Source of the DNA: an uncultured Rhizobium sp.
Lineage (GTDB): Bacteria > Bacteroidota > Bacteroidia > NS11-12g > UBA955
DNA: 64,000 bases
Direction: 5' to 3'
NCBI GenBank assembly: GCA_964408945.1
Contig: CAYPBJ010000010.1
Coordinates: forward strand, 4,008-68,007
Positions 33,038-41,510 of the stretch are shown piece after piece. The notes beneath the pieces are model-generated. The model worked only from the letters and a program-made list of their open reading frames with translations, searched no databases and was not told the origin of the DNA. A program made the position numbers and the translations under genes. How positions within the stretch are numbered: position 1 is the first letter of the stretch; each line of letters starts with the position of its first letter.

Positions 33038-34345
33038 TTATTCAAATCGGGTAATTTGTGCCCCCAATGGATTCAAACGTTCTTCGATTTTCTCGTAACC
33101 GCGGTCAATTTGTTCAATGTTTTTGATGGTACTCTTGCCCTTGGCACTCATTGCGGCAATGAGCAATGCAACACCTGCTCTAATGTCAGGTGATGACATC
33201 GTAATTCCCTTCAATTGGGTTCTTCTGTCAAGTCCAATAACAGTTGCACGGTGCGGGTCACACAAAATGATTTGTGCTCCCATATCAATGAGATTGTCTA
33301 CGAAGAACAATCGGCTTTCGAACATTTTTTGATGTATCAAAACGGTTCCACGAGCTTGAGTTGCAGTAACTAAGGCAATGGAAATGAGATCAGGTGTAAA
33401 TCCGGGCCAAATTTGATCGCTAATGGTTAAAATGGATCCATCTATGAACGAATCAATTTCGTAGTGGTCGTTTTTAGGGATATAAATATCGTCGCCCTGA
33501 ATTTCTAATTGAATTCCCAACCTTTGAAAGGTTCTAGGAATGATTCCCAATTGGTCAACACGGCAATTTTTCAGGCGAATATCGCTTTGAGTAATTGCAG
33601 CCATTCCAATGAAGCTTCCAATTTCAATCATATCGGGCAAACACCTATGGGTGCAACCCTTCATGCTATTCACACCTTGAATGGTTAGTTTGTTAGATCC
33701 TATACCCTCAATTTTCGCGCCCATGCTGTTGAGCATGTTGCACAATTGTTGAAGATAAGGTTCACAAGCAGCATTGTAAATTGTTGTGGTTCCGTTAGCT
33801 AGAACCGCAGCCATCACAATATTGGCAGTTCCAGTTACGGAAGCTTCATCTAAGTGAAGGTAGGCTCCTTGTAGATTGTCGCTATGAACTCGGTAAAAAG
33901 TTTGTTCGGGTAGATATTCAAATTTGGCACCCAAAGCCATAAATCCTTCAAAATGGGTATCCAATCTTCTGCGGCCAATTTTGTCGCCTCCGGGTGAGGG
34001 AATATAGCCTTTTCCAAAACGCGACAAAAGTGGCCCAACAATCATGATTGAACCTCTCAATGCTGCGCCTTGTTTTTTGAATTCAGGACTATATAAAAAA
34101 GCCAAATCAACATTATCTGCTTTGAATGAATAAACCCCTTTGCTCAATCGGTTGGTTTTGACTCCCAAATTGCCTAAAAGTTCAATGAGTTTTAGTACAT
34201 CTCTGATTTCAGGTATATTCTCTATGATTACTTCTTGGTCAGTTAACAATACGGCACAAATGACCTGTAATGCTTCGTTTTTGGCCCCTTGGGGTTGGAT
34301 TTCTCCTTGGAGGGAATGTCCGCCTTGAATTTCGAAATACGACAT
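33038..34345 (-). CDS. murA: UDP-N-acetylglucosamine 1-carboxyvinyltransferase
   Basis: 435 aa. The N-terminus reads FEIQGGHSLQGEIQPQGAKNEALQVICAVLL, and the family pattern continues along the full length. Confidence 0.92.
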   Translation of the reverse strand: MSYFEIQGGHSLQGEIQPQGAKNEALQVICAVLLTDQEVIIENIPEIRDVLKLIELLGNLGVKTNRLSKGVYSFKADNVDLAFLYSPEFKKQGAALRGSIMIVGPLLSRFGKGYIPSPGGDKIGRRRLDTHFEGFMALGAKFEYLPEQTFYRVHSDNLQGAYLHLDEASVTGTANIVMAAVLANGTTTIYNAACEPYLQQLCNMLNSMGAKIEGIGSNKLTIQGVNSMKGCTHRCLPDMIEIGSFIGMAAITQSDIRLKNCRVDQLGIIPRTFQRLGIQLEIQGDDIYIPKNDHYEIDSFIDGSILTISDQIWPGFTPDLISIALVTATQARGTVLIHQKMFESRLFFVDNLIDMGAQIILCDPHRATVIGLDRRTQLKGITMSSPDIRAGVALLIAAMSAKGKSTIKNIEQIDRGYEKIEERLNPLGAQITRFE

Positions 34346-34347
34346 GA

Positions 34348-35028
34348 TTAAAATCTACGGTAGTTTTTACCCTTGTTATTTCTTTTTGGGTTTTTGTTGT
34401 TTCTATTGTTTTGGAAATTGTTGTTTCTACTTCCAAACTGTTGTTGTTTCCGGGGATTGTAATTGCTGGTATTATCAGCGGTTACAGTTATTTCAGAGCC
34501 TGCTACGTGTAACTTTCCCTTTGATAAAATGCGAAGGTGTTCTGCAATCACTTCATTGCTCAAGTTTTCGTTGTTCCACATCTTACAACTGTTGTACATG
34601 AAAGAGGCAATTAAATTTACAAGTTCTTGTCTCAATTCATTGTCTTCCAGTTCAGTAGCACGCTCAATCATGTTTTGAAGATTGCGGCCGTAAAAACGAA
34701 AACGAATGTTAGTATCTTGATAGCCAATTTGATCAGGCTTCTTGTTGCGAACTTCCGCCTGGGGAATTTCGTAGGGACAGTCAACATCCAATGAATAATC
34801 AGCCATTTGGAATAAATGTCCCCATAAAACTTGCTGATAATTTGATTGAAGCTTTATTTCCGGGTTCAAAAGAGCCATGACGTTGACTAAATTATGTGCC
34901 CATAAAGTGCGTTCTGATTTTTCGGGGAGGCTTTGAATATGCTCAATATAGTCTTGAACACTGCGCCCGTATTCAGAAATTTTCAGTGCGGTTCGTTGCG
35001 TATTGTAATCTTCTTGTAAGATACCCAT
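34348..35028 (-). CDS. DUF4290-family protein with basic Asn/Arg/Lys-rich tail
   Basis: 226 aa from ATG 35028; the track start at 35040 is a TTG that forms part of a TTAATTTG box. It contains YNTQRTALKISEYGRSVQDYIEHI and lies 2 nt upstream of murA, the arrangement I know from other Bacteroidota. The tail reads NYNPRKQQQFGSRNNNFQNNRNNKNPKRNNKGKNYRRF. Confidence 0.7.
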   Translation of the reverse strand: MGILQEDYNTQRTALKISEYGRSVQDYIEHIQSLPEKSERTLWAHNLVNVMALLNPEIKLQSNYQQVLWGHLFQMADYSLDVDCPYEIPQAEVRNKKPDQIGYQDTNIRFRFYGRNLQNMIERATELEDNELRQELVNLIASFMYNSCKMWNNENLSNEVIAEHLRILSKGKLHVAGSEITVTADNTSNYNPRKQQQFGSRNNNFQNNRNNKNPKRNNKGKNYRRF

Positions 35029-35100
35029 TATATTATGCAAATTAAGGTTAGAATCTTGGATTTAGTAAACATTTCGTATCATTCGTGTGTTTTTTTATCA

Positions 35101-35730
35101 ATGAGAGACCAAATTATTGCCCACTACATTCGCTTCAGCAACAAAAACGGCAAAGCGCCCGTTTCTGTGTTTCAGTTTTGTGAGGATTGCGGACTATCTG
35201 AGCGACAGTTTTTTGATGAATTTTCTGATTTCGAACATCTTCAAGAGGAGATTTTAGGTGATTTTTGGAAAAATACGGTTGCCAAGTTGGAGGAGCAAGA
35301 ATTCTATCAAAACACCAACGATGCTGAAAAGTTTTTAGCAGTGGCCTACGGTTTCTTTGAAAATCTAAAAGATCAACGCAGTTTCTTTTTGAATTTCTTT
35401 GGTAATTGGAATTCACCCAAAGATTTGTTCCACGGATTTAAAAATTTCCGGGAAGTTGTTATGAAGTACATTGATCAATTGGACTTGCCTTCAACCGATT
35501 TAGGAGTTCCACAATTGAATAAACCCATCAATAAGTTGAATTCAAATGCGTTGTATTTGAATTTGATTTTTGTTCTCCATTATTGGGTGAAAGACAGAAG
35601 CAAAGGATTTGAAAAAACCGATGCCCTGATTGAGAAGTTGTTTACACTGTCTTTTGATATGATGGAAACCAATTCGCTCAAGAAAGTAATTGACTTAGGA
35701 AAGTTTTTGGTAGCTGATTTCAAACTTTAA
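35101..35730 (+). CDS. TetR/AcrR-like transcriptional regulator (candidate)
   Basis: 209 aa from ATG 35101; the track starts at 35035. The N-terminal segment is HTH-like (VSVFQFCEDCGLSERQFFDEFSDFEHLQEEIL). The remainder is helical. Confidence 0.5.
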   Translation: MRDQIIAHYIRFSNKNGKAPVSVFQFCEDCGLSERQFFDEFSDFEHLQEEILGDFWKNTVAKLEEQEFYQNTNDAEKFLAVAYGFFENLKDQRSFFLNFFGNWNSPKDLFHGFKNFREVVMKYIDQLDLPSTDLGVPQLNKPINKLNSNALYLNLIFVLHYWVKDRSKGFEKTDALIEKLFTLSFDMMETNSLKKVIDLGKFLVADFKL

Positions 35731-35735
35731 ATTTT

Positions 35736-37070
35736 ATGAAAACTCAAGACTCCATTGCCAGCTCAAAATTGGGCCGGGCCGTGAAACTAGTGGGCGCTGG
35801 TGCCAAAATAGGTGGCAATTATCTCAAATATTACGCAAAAAAAAGCATCACTGGCGAAGATTCTAAAGAAGGGCTCCACGAACAGAATGCAACAGATATC
35901 TATGATTCATTGAGCGAGTTGAAAGGCAGCGCTTTGAAAGTGGCTCAAATGTTGAGCATGGATAAAAACCTACTTCCACGTGCATACACTCAAAAATTTG
36001 CTCTTTCACAATATTCAGCGCCTCCAATGTCACCGCCGCTAGTTATGAAGGTATTTAAAACTGCCACGGGAAAATATCCCAACGAAGTTTTTGATCATTT
36101 CGATACCAAAAGTTTGGCAGCAGCAAGCATTGGTCAAGTGCATCTTGCTGAAAAAGACGGCAAAAAATACGCCGTAAAAATTCAATATCCCGGAATTGCT
36201 GATTCCATAAAAAGCGATTTGAAGATGGTTAAACCTGTTGCGAATGCCATGTTTGGATTGTCAGAAAAGGAAATGAAAAAATACTTCGAGGAAGTGGAAG
36301 ATAAGTTGATTGAAGAAACCAACTATCACTTAGAACTTAGAAGAGGTACAGAAATTTCTCAGGCAAGTGCTCACATTAAAAACATCGTGTTTCCAACGTA
36401 TTATCCTGAGTTTAGCAGCGAAAAAGTGTTGGTTATGGACTATTTGGATGGAAATCACCTTAAAGAGTTCTTAGACGAAAATCCATCCCCAGAAACAAAA
36501 AACAATATTGCACAGACCCTTTGGGACTTCTATGAATATCAGTTGCATGAGCTGAAGGCCATTCACGCAGATCCGCATCCAGGTAACTTTTTATTTAAAG
36601 GGGACAAGGTTGGGGTTATAGATTTTGGTTGCATCAAAGAGGTGCCGGAAGATTTCTATCAAAGTTATTTTCCATTGTTACTGCAAGAAGTGCAATCAGA
36701 TGCTGAGTTGATTCATCAGTTACTCATGAATATTGAAATCATTTTTCCCGACGATACGCCCGCCGTTAAAGAAGAATTGACCAACGCATTTTTACGTATG
36801 ACGCGTTTATTGAGCAGGCCTTTTTGCACCGAGGAATTTGAATTCACCTACGAGTTTATCGATGAGATATATGCAACGGGAGAGGAGATTTACAAAATCC
36901 AAGAAGTGAAAAAACCCACCAAGCCCAGAGGAAGTAAACACGCATTGTACATCAATCGTACCTATTTTGGAATTTACAGCATGATGGCTGACTTGGGGGC
37001 AAACATTAAAACAGGTAAAAGGGACTGGCAGGCACGATTGTGGGAATCTATCAGTGCTCAGACTTTGTAA
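35736..37070 (+). CDS. ABC1/UbiB/AarF-family atypical kinase
   Basis: 444 aa. Family strings are present: LKGSALKVAQMLS, AAASIGQVHLA...YAVKIQYPGI, and HADPHPGNFLF...IDFGC. Confidence 0.85.
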   Translation: MKTQDSIASSKLGRAVKLVGAGAKIGGNYLKYYAKKSITGEDSKEGLHEQNATDIYDSLSELKGSALKVAQMLSMDKNLLPRAYTQKFALSQYSAPPMSPPLVMKVFKTATGKYPNEVFDHFDTKSLAAASIGQVHLAEKDGKKYAVKIQYPGIADSIKSDLKMVKPVANAMFGLSEKEMKKYFEEVEDKLIEETNYHLELRRGTEISQASAHIKNIVFPTYYPEFSSEKVLVMDYLDGNHLKEFLDENPSPETKNNIAQTLWDFYEYQLHELKAIHADPHPGNFLFKGDKVGVIDFGCIKEVPEDFYQSYFPLLLQEVQSDAELIHQLLMNIEIIFPDDTPAVKEELTNAFLRMTRLLSRPFCTEEFEFTYEFIDEIYATGEEIYKIQEVKKPTKPRGSKHALYINRTYFGIYSMMADLGANIKTGKRDWQARLWESISAQTL

Positions 37071-38170
37071 CTGCGCTCTTTCCATCGAGTTTTCACCGGA
37101 AGTAGAAAGAAAATGGCCGTACTGACGGTCAATACAAAAAGATAAATCTCATAAACAAGATGTTGGGAGAGCTTCGGAAGAGGTTCTCCCACTTTTTTAT
37201 AAATGATAGAGATCTGGGCGGTTTGTATGAGCCATTTTACACTCCATAATGAAATGGCCCAAACGGGTGTAGCAATCCAAAAGAGCAAGGGTATTAAAAA
37301 GAAAAAGCTACCGTAAATACCAAACAACAGCCACCAATACCAAGGAAGTTCTTTGCCACCGCTAAGCCAACGCTTTCTTTGATGCAACAAGGGTATAAAT
37401 CCTTTGGTTTTCTCTGAATAAGCTAAAACATCGGGGTGCATCACGTTGTTCCATCCCCAACCTTTGGCGCAAACTTCCGCGTAAAGTTTATAATCTTCGG
37501 TGATGGAAAATCGGATATTCGCATAGCCACCGGTTTGCCAATAAGCGTCTTTTCGAACAATCATGTTATTCCCTACGGCTGTTGCAGGCACACCACTATA
37601 GGAAATGACATTCAAAAGCCCCATGAAATAGGCCCAATCCATTTCTTGCAACCAGCCGTCTACACCCGAACTTTTAACCATGGTTGTGCCGCTGCTGACT
37701 CCCGTATTTTTATCTAAAGACTGCAACATAGACAGAGCCCACTGCGGCTTGACGCGCACATCAGCATCTGTAATAAGGTAGTAATCACCTACGGCATGCT
37801 GGTCTAGTTGTGCCATTACCCGCGCTTTTGCTTTCAATCCACGATTGTCATCTAAAATGTTAACCAGTTGAATATGAGGGTGTTCTTTTGTGAAACTTTG
37901 AATAATTTCAGCGGTTTTATCGGTGCTTTGATCGTTACCAACCAAGATTTGAAGTTTTTTTACAGGGTAATCTAACTCCAATAGGGAGTTTAAACAACCA
38001 GCAATGTTTTCTTCCTCATTTCTGCAGGCAACCCAAATACTGATCTCGGGAAGTTCTTCAGATAACGGTTGTTTTTGAGATTCATATTTAATCAACCAAG
38101 CAAGTTGCCAAACTTGAATCAGAATGTATGACAGCAGGGGAATGAGAATGATTTCAAACATCTTCTGCAA
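37058..38170 (-). CDS. Membrane-bound GT2 glycosyltransferase with processive-type motifs
   Basis: 370 aa with an N-terminal TM segment. The D,D,D,QxxRW set is visible: GNDQSTD, ITDADV, SITEDY and HQRKRW. C-terminal TM segments follow. It overlaps the upstream deacetylase gene by 17 nt. Confidence 0.75.
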   Translation of the reverse strand: MQKMFEIILIPLLSYILIQVWQLAWLIKYESQKQPLSEELPEISIWVACRNEEENIAGCLNSLLELDYPVKKLQILVGNDQSTDKTAEIIQSFTKEHPHIQLVNILDDNRGLKAKARVMAQLDQHAVGDYYLITDADVRVKPQWALSMLQSLDKNTGVSSGTTMVKSSGVDGWLQEMDWAYFMGLLNVISYSGVPATAVGNNMIVRKDAYWQTGGYANIRFSITEDYKLYAEVCAKGWGWNNVMHPDVLAYSEKTKGFIPLLHQRKRWLSGGKELPWYWWLLFGIYGSFFFLIPLLFWIATPVWAISLWSVKWLIQTAQISIIYKKVGEPLPKLSQHLVYEIYLFVLTVSTAIFFLLPVKTRWKERSYKV

Positions 38171-38804
38171 GGGGTTTAAAGGTAAATTTTCCTGACCATC
38201 TTTGGAGCAATTCGGGCAGCATTTTTAGGGTTTGATTTTTTGATTTTTGGGAATCGTGAAAGACCACCAAACTTCCCCTTCGCGCGAGTCGTTCAATTTT
38301 ATCTACGGCCTTCGATAGGTTTAAACTCTTGTCGTAATCGTAAGTCAAAATGTCCCACATGCAGATAACGTGCCCCATTTCTCTCAATAGCTGTGATTGT
38401 TTGGGTTTGATTCGCCCGTAGGGCGGACGAAAGAGCTTTGTTTCTATTCCAATGCTGTTCAGCACATTTGAACATTGTTGAACATTTCTAATGTAAATGT
38501 GGTTGTTTGAATTCCAGCCTTTGATATGGTTCTGGGTATGGTTTCCGATAGAGTGCCCTTCATCTTTGATTTTTTCAATGACTTCCGGATGTTTCTGCAC
38601 GTTTTCACCAACCACAAAAAATGTGGCATGAGCGTTGAAATTCTTCAGTATTTCAAGTACTTGCAGGGTAACTTCGGGGTCGGGTCCATCGTCAAAGGTC
38701 AAATATAGGGTAGGTTGGGTGTGATTAGAATCGGTTTTACGCCAAAGCATATTTGGGAATAAGGATGAAAACCCTTTTGGAATCTGAAAAACGCGCATTC
38801 CCAT
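38154..38804 (-). CDS. Polysaccharide deacetylase (NodB homology domain, CE4), no signal peptide
   Basis: 216 aa. The CE4 motifs are TFDDGP, GNHTQNH (HTxxH) and LFRPPYG. The N-terminus MGMRVFQIPKGFSSLFPNMLWRK is not signal-like. Confidence 0.8.
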   Translation of the reverse strand: MGMRVFQIPKGFSSLFPNMLWRKTDSNHTQPTLYLTFDDGPDPEVTLQVLEILKNFNAHATFFVVGENVQKHPEVIEKIKDEGHSIGNHTQNHIKGWNSNNHIYIRNVQQCSNVLNSIGIETKLFRPPYGRIKPKQSQLLREMGHVICMWDILTYDYDKSLNLSKAVDKIERLARRGSLVVFHDSQKSKNQTLKMLPELLQRWSGKFTFKPLAEDV

Positions 38805-38853
38805 CTATGCAAAGTTGCTAGTTTTTTATAATGATTCCATCGTTTGCTTTCAT

Positions 38854-38861
38854 TAATTTTG
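38854..38861 (+). promoter_or_regulatory. Bacteroidota-type -7 promoter box (TAATTTTG)
   Basis: Exact TAnnTTTG match, with 5 nt between the final G and ATG 38867. Confidence 0.45.
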
Positions 38862-38866
38862 TAAAC

Positions 38867-40201
38867 ATGGGCGAAAAAATAGTTTTGGTAGGCGGCGGTT
38901 TGGCCGGTAGCTTAATGTCAATCTACTTAGCAAAAAAAGGTTACGATGTGCATTTGTACGAGCGACGTTCAGATATGAGAGGAGGTAACTATCAAGGCGG
39001 TCGTTCCATCAATTTGGCCCTATCGGTTAGAGGCATAACGGCATTGGAAAAGGTAGGACTTACCAAAGAAATTTTGGATATTTCCATCCCCATGTATGGT
39101 CGTATGATGCACAGTACTGCCGGAGATTTGAATTACCAAGCCTATGGTCGCGACGATCAAGCCATTTACTCTGTTTCAAGGGGAGAATTGAACATTCGCT
39201 TACTTCAATTAGCTGATCAATATCCCAATATTCACATGTATTTTGATCAAAAATGCTACAAAATGGATTTAGAACATAATGTAGCATGGTTTGAAGATGT
39301 AGACGGGAATAAACACGAAGTTAGGGGAGATGTATTCTTGGCCACAGATGGAGCATTTTCGGCGCTCAGAGAAGCCATGATTAAGAATCCTAGACACAAT
39401 TTCTCTCAAACTTATGAAAGCCACGGTTATAAAGAATTAGAAATTGTTCCAGGTCCCAATTCAACCTTCCAAATGGAAGAAAAAGCCTTGCATATTTGGC
39501 CTAGATCTAGTTTCATGATGATTGCATTGCCCAATCCGGGTGGCAACTTTACCTGTACGTTGTTTATGCCGTATGATGGTGAAGTGAGTTTTTCAAAACT
39601 TAATACTGATGATGAAATCAAGGCATTTTTCAACGAATATTTCGCAGATGCAATCCCAATGATGCCCAATTTATTGGAAGATTTCAAAGGAAATCCCATT
39701 GGGCACCTTGCCACTATGAGAACATATCCTTGGGTGAAAAACAAATCAGCCTTGATGGGTGATGCTGCTCATGCGATAGTTCCATTTTACGGACAAGGAA
39801 TGAATTGTTCTTTCGAAGATTGTGTGGTGTTAGATGAGTGCATATCTAAGTTTGAAGGCGACTGGGATAAAATCCTACACCAATATCAAATATTAAGAAA
39901 AACCAATGCAGACGCCATTGCCGATCTCGCTCTCCAAAATTTCATTGAAATGCGTGATTTAGTGGGATTGCCTGAATTCTTGAGAAAAAAGAAGATTGAA
40001 AAAGTATTGGTAGATTCCTATCCTGGCTTGTATCGCAGTCAATACGAGAGGGTAACTTTTTCAAATGATAACTACCGCGATGCATTGAACGCCGGTGAAA
40101 AGAACGATAGATTTATTCAACATCTCATTGATCATAACTTAGAAGATCAATTGGAAAATGCAGATACCATTAAGCCTCTACTTAACGACTGGTTTGCTTG
40201 A
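38867..40201 (+). CDS. kmo: Kynurenine 3-monooxygenase (FAD-dependent)
   Basis: 444 aa from ATG 38867; the track starts at 38831. It contains VLVGGGLAGS, GRSINLALSVRGITALEKVGL, AIYSVSRGELN and GDAAHAIVPFYGQGMN. Confidence 0.8.
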   Translation: MGEKIVLVGGGLAGSLMSIYLAKKGYDVHLYERRSDMRGGNYQGGRSINLALSVRGITALEKVGLTKEILDISIPMYGRMMHSTAGDLNYQAYGRDDQAIYSVSRGELNIRLLQLADQYPNIHMYFDQKCYKMDLEHNVAWFEDVDGNKHEVRGDVFLATDGAFSALREAMIKNPRHNFSQTYESHGYKELEIVPGPNSTFQMEEKALHIWPRSSFMMIALPNPGGNFTCTLFMPYDGEVSFSKLNTDDEIKAFFNEYFADAIPMMPNLLEDFKGNPIGHLATMRTYPWVKNKSALMGDAAHAIVPFYGQGMNCSFEDCVVLDECISKFEGDWDKILHQYQILRKTNADAIADLALQNFIEMRDLVGLPEFLRKKKIEKVLVDSYPGLYRSQYERVTFSNDNYRDALNAGEKNDRFIQHLIDHNLEDQLENADTIKPLLNDWFA

Positions 40202-40408
40202 TTTTTCTTTGGCGTCGATGACTGAGTCTACAAAATCAGGGTTGTATTTGGTTTTGTATTGCAGTTTTTGAGTGTATTTCTCACCCGTGCGCTTTCTGTA
40301 TTCTCTATTGGGAAGCAAAATGGTTATGTAAGCCCATGTCGCCATACCCAAAATGATGGTCAAGAAAACGATTGCTACGGCTAGTTTTTGTTTTTGCTGT
40401 TTTTCCAT
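40178..40408 (-). CDS. Small single-pass membrane protein, unknown function
   Basis: 76 aa with one TM segment (LAVAIVFLTIILGMATWAYITILL). It is the last gene after M61 and Ldh2 on the minus strand. Its 3' end overlaps the kmo 3' end by 24 nt. Confidence 0.45.
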   Translation of the reverse strand: MEKQQKQKLAVAIVFLTIILGMATWAYITILLPNREYRKRTGEKYTQKLQYKTKYNPDFVDSVIDAKEKSSKPVVK

Positions 40409-40421
40409 GAGGGATTATTAA

Positions 40422-41507
40422 TTAAACAAATAAATTAGAATTCAGTTTCAATTCCTGATTCAGTGATTTCAAATCTTCAAAAACCACCTCATTCAATTCT
40501 ATGCCATTTACCTTGCGATCTTTTTCATGAATTCGCTCTGGTTCACCCGGAACAATGACGGGTTGATCCGAATTTGCTGGAATGGACTTTTTGAAGCGGT
40601 CTATCCAGATATCTAACTGATTTTTAGCTGTTTGGGCATCTGAAAATCCATCCAAACTCCAACATCCTACAAAATGTCCAATGCCTTTGCCGGGAGCATC
40701 AGCGGCCGGGTCTAAAAAGGATACAAATGGCGGCACCCAAGGTCCAAAATTGGCACCTGTTAATACACCACTGAAGATATCAACCCAAGTTCCTAAACCG
40801 TAACCTTTGTGGAATCCATGGTCAGCATCGCTACCCAAAGGAAGCAATCCACCCCCTGATTTCAGAGCATTTGGGTCTTTTGTCGATGTGCCATCAGCAT
40901 TTAAAACCCAACCTTCAGGTATTTCCTTGTTTGAACGGCTGGCAATTTCCAATTTGCCATTTGCCGCCGCCGATGTGGCCATATCTAATACGAATTCGCG
41001 TCCATCGTTTCCCGGAATAGCAACACAAATAGGGTTGGTGCCTAACATTCGTTCGCGACCGCCTGCTGGATATACCAATGGGCTGGCATTGGTCATCGCA
41101 ATTCCAACGGCATCAATGTCAAATGCCCTTAGTGCATGATATGCGGCAATTCCAAAGTGATTTGAATTTTGTATTCCTACCCATCCCGATCCATACTCCT
41201 CACACATTTCCATGGCTTTCTCCATGGCAAAATGAGCTGAAACCAATCCAATTCCTCCGTCTGCATCCAGATTACCCATGGTTCTTTTCCTTGCAGTAAA
41301 GTTGAATTTTGGTTTGGGGTTTATTCTGCCTTTATCAATCAATCTAACATAACCACTCAATCTCGCCACACCATGACTGTCTATACCTCTCAGGTCTGCC
41401 GAAATCAACACATCAGCACTGATTCGGGCATGATCTCCCGAAAATCCTTTGTTTAAGAAGACTTCTTGCACAAATTGGTGCAAGGCTACATGTTTGATAG
41501 CACTCAT
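40422..41507 (-). CDS. Ldh2-family (malate/L-lactate/ureidoglycolate dehydrogenase type 2) oxidoreductase
   Basis: 361 aa. It contains RGIDSHGVARL, NSNHFGIAAYH and HKGYGLG. Confidence 0.8.
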   Translation of the reverse strand: MSAIKHVALHQFVQEVFLNKGFSGDHARISADVLISADLRGIDSHGVARLSGYVRLIDKGRINPKPKFNFTARKRTMGNLDADGGIGLVSAHFAMEKAMEMCEEYGSGWVGIQNSNHFGIAAYHALRAFDIDAVGIAMTNASPLVYPAGGRERMLGTNPICVAIPGNDGREFVLDMATSAAANGKLEIASRSNKEIPEGWVLNADGTSTKDPNALKSGGGLLPLGSDADHGFHKGYGLGTWVDIFSGVLTGANFGPWVPPFVSFLDPAADAPGKGIGHFVGCWSLDGFSDAQTAKNQLDIWIDRFKKSIPANSDQPVIVPGEPERIHEKDRKVNGIELNEVVFEDLKSLNQELKLNSNLFV

Positions 41508-41510
41508 TAT

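Noticed and set aside
34344-34601. 85-aa Cys/Phe-rich plus-strand ORF
   Set aside because: It is antisense to the AAT/AAC/AGA-rich basic tail of the DUF4290 gene, so it is a compositional artefact.
40807-41299. Plus-strand ORFs of 110 and 73 aa inside the Ldh2-family gene
   Set aside because: They are antisense to a full-length, motif-bearing minus-strand gene, with no independent signals.
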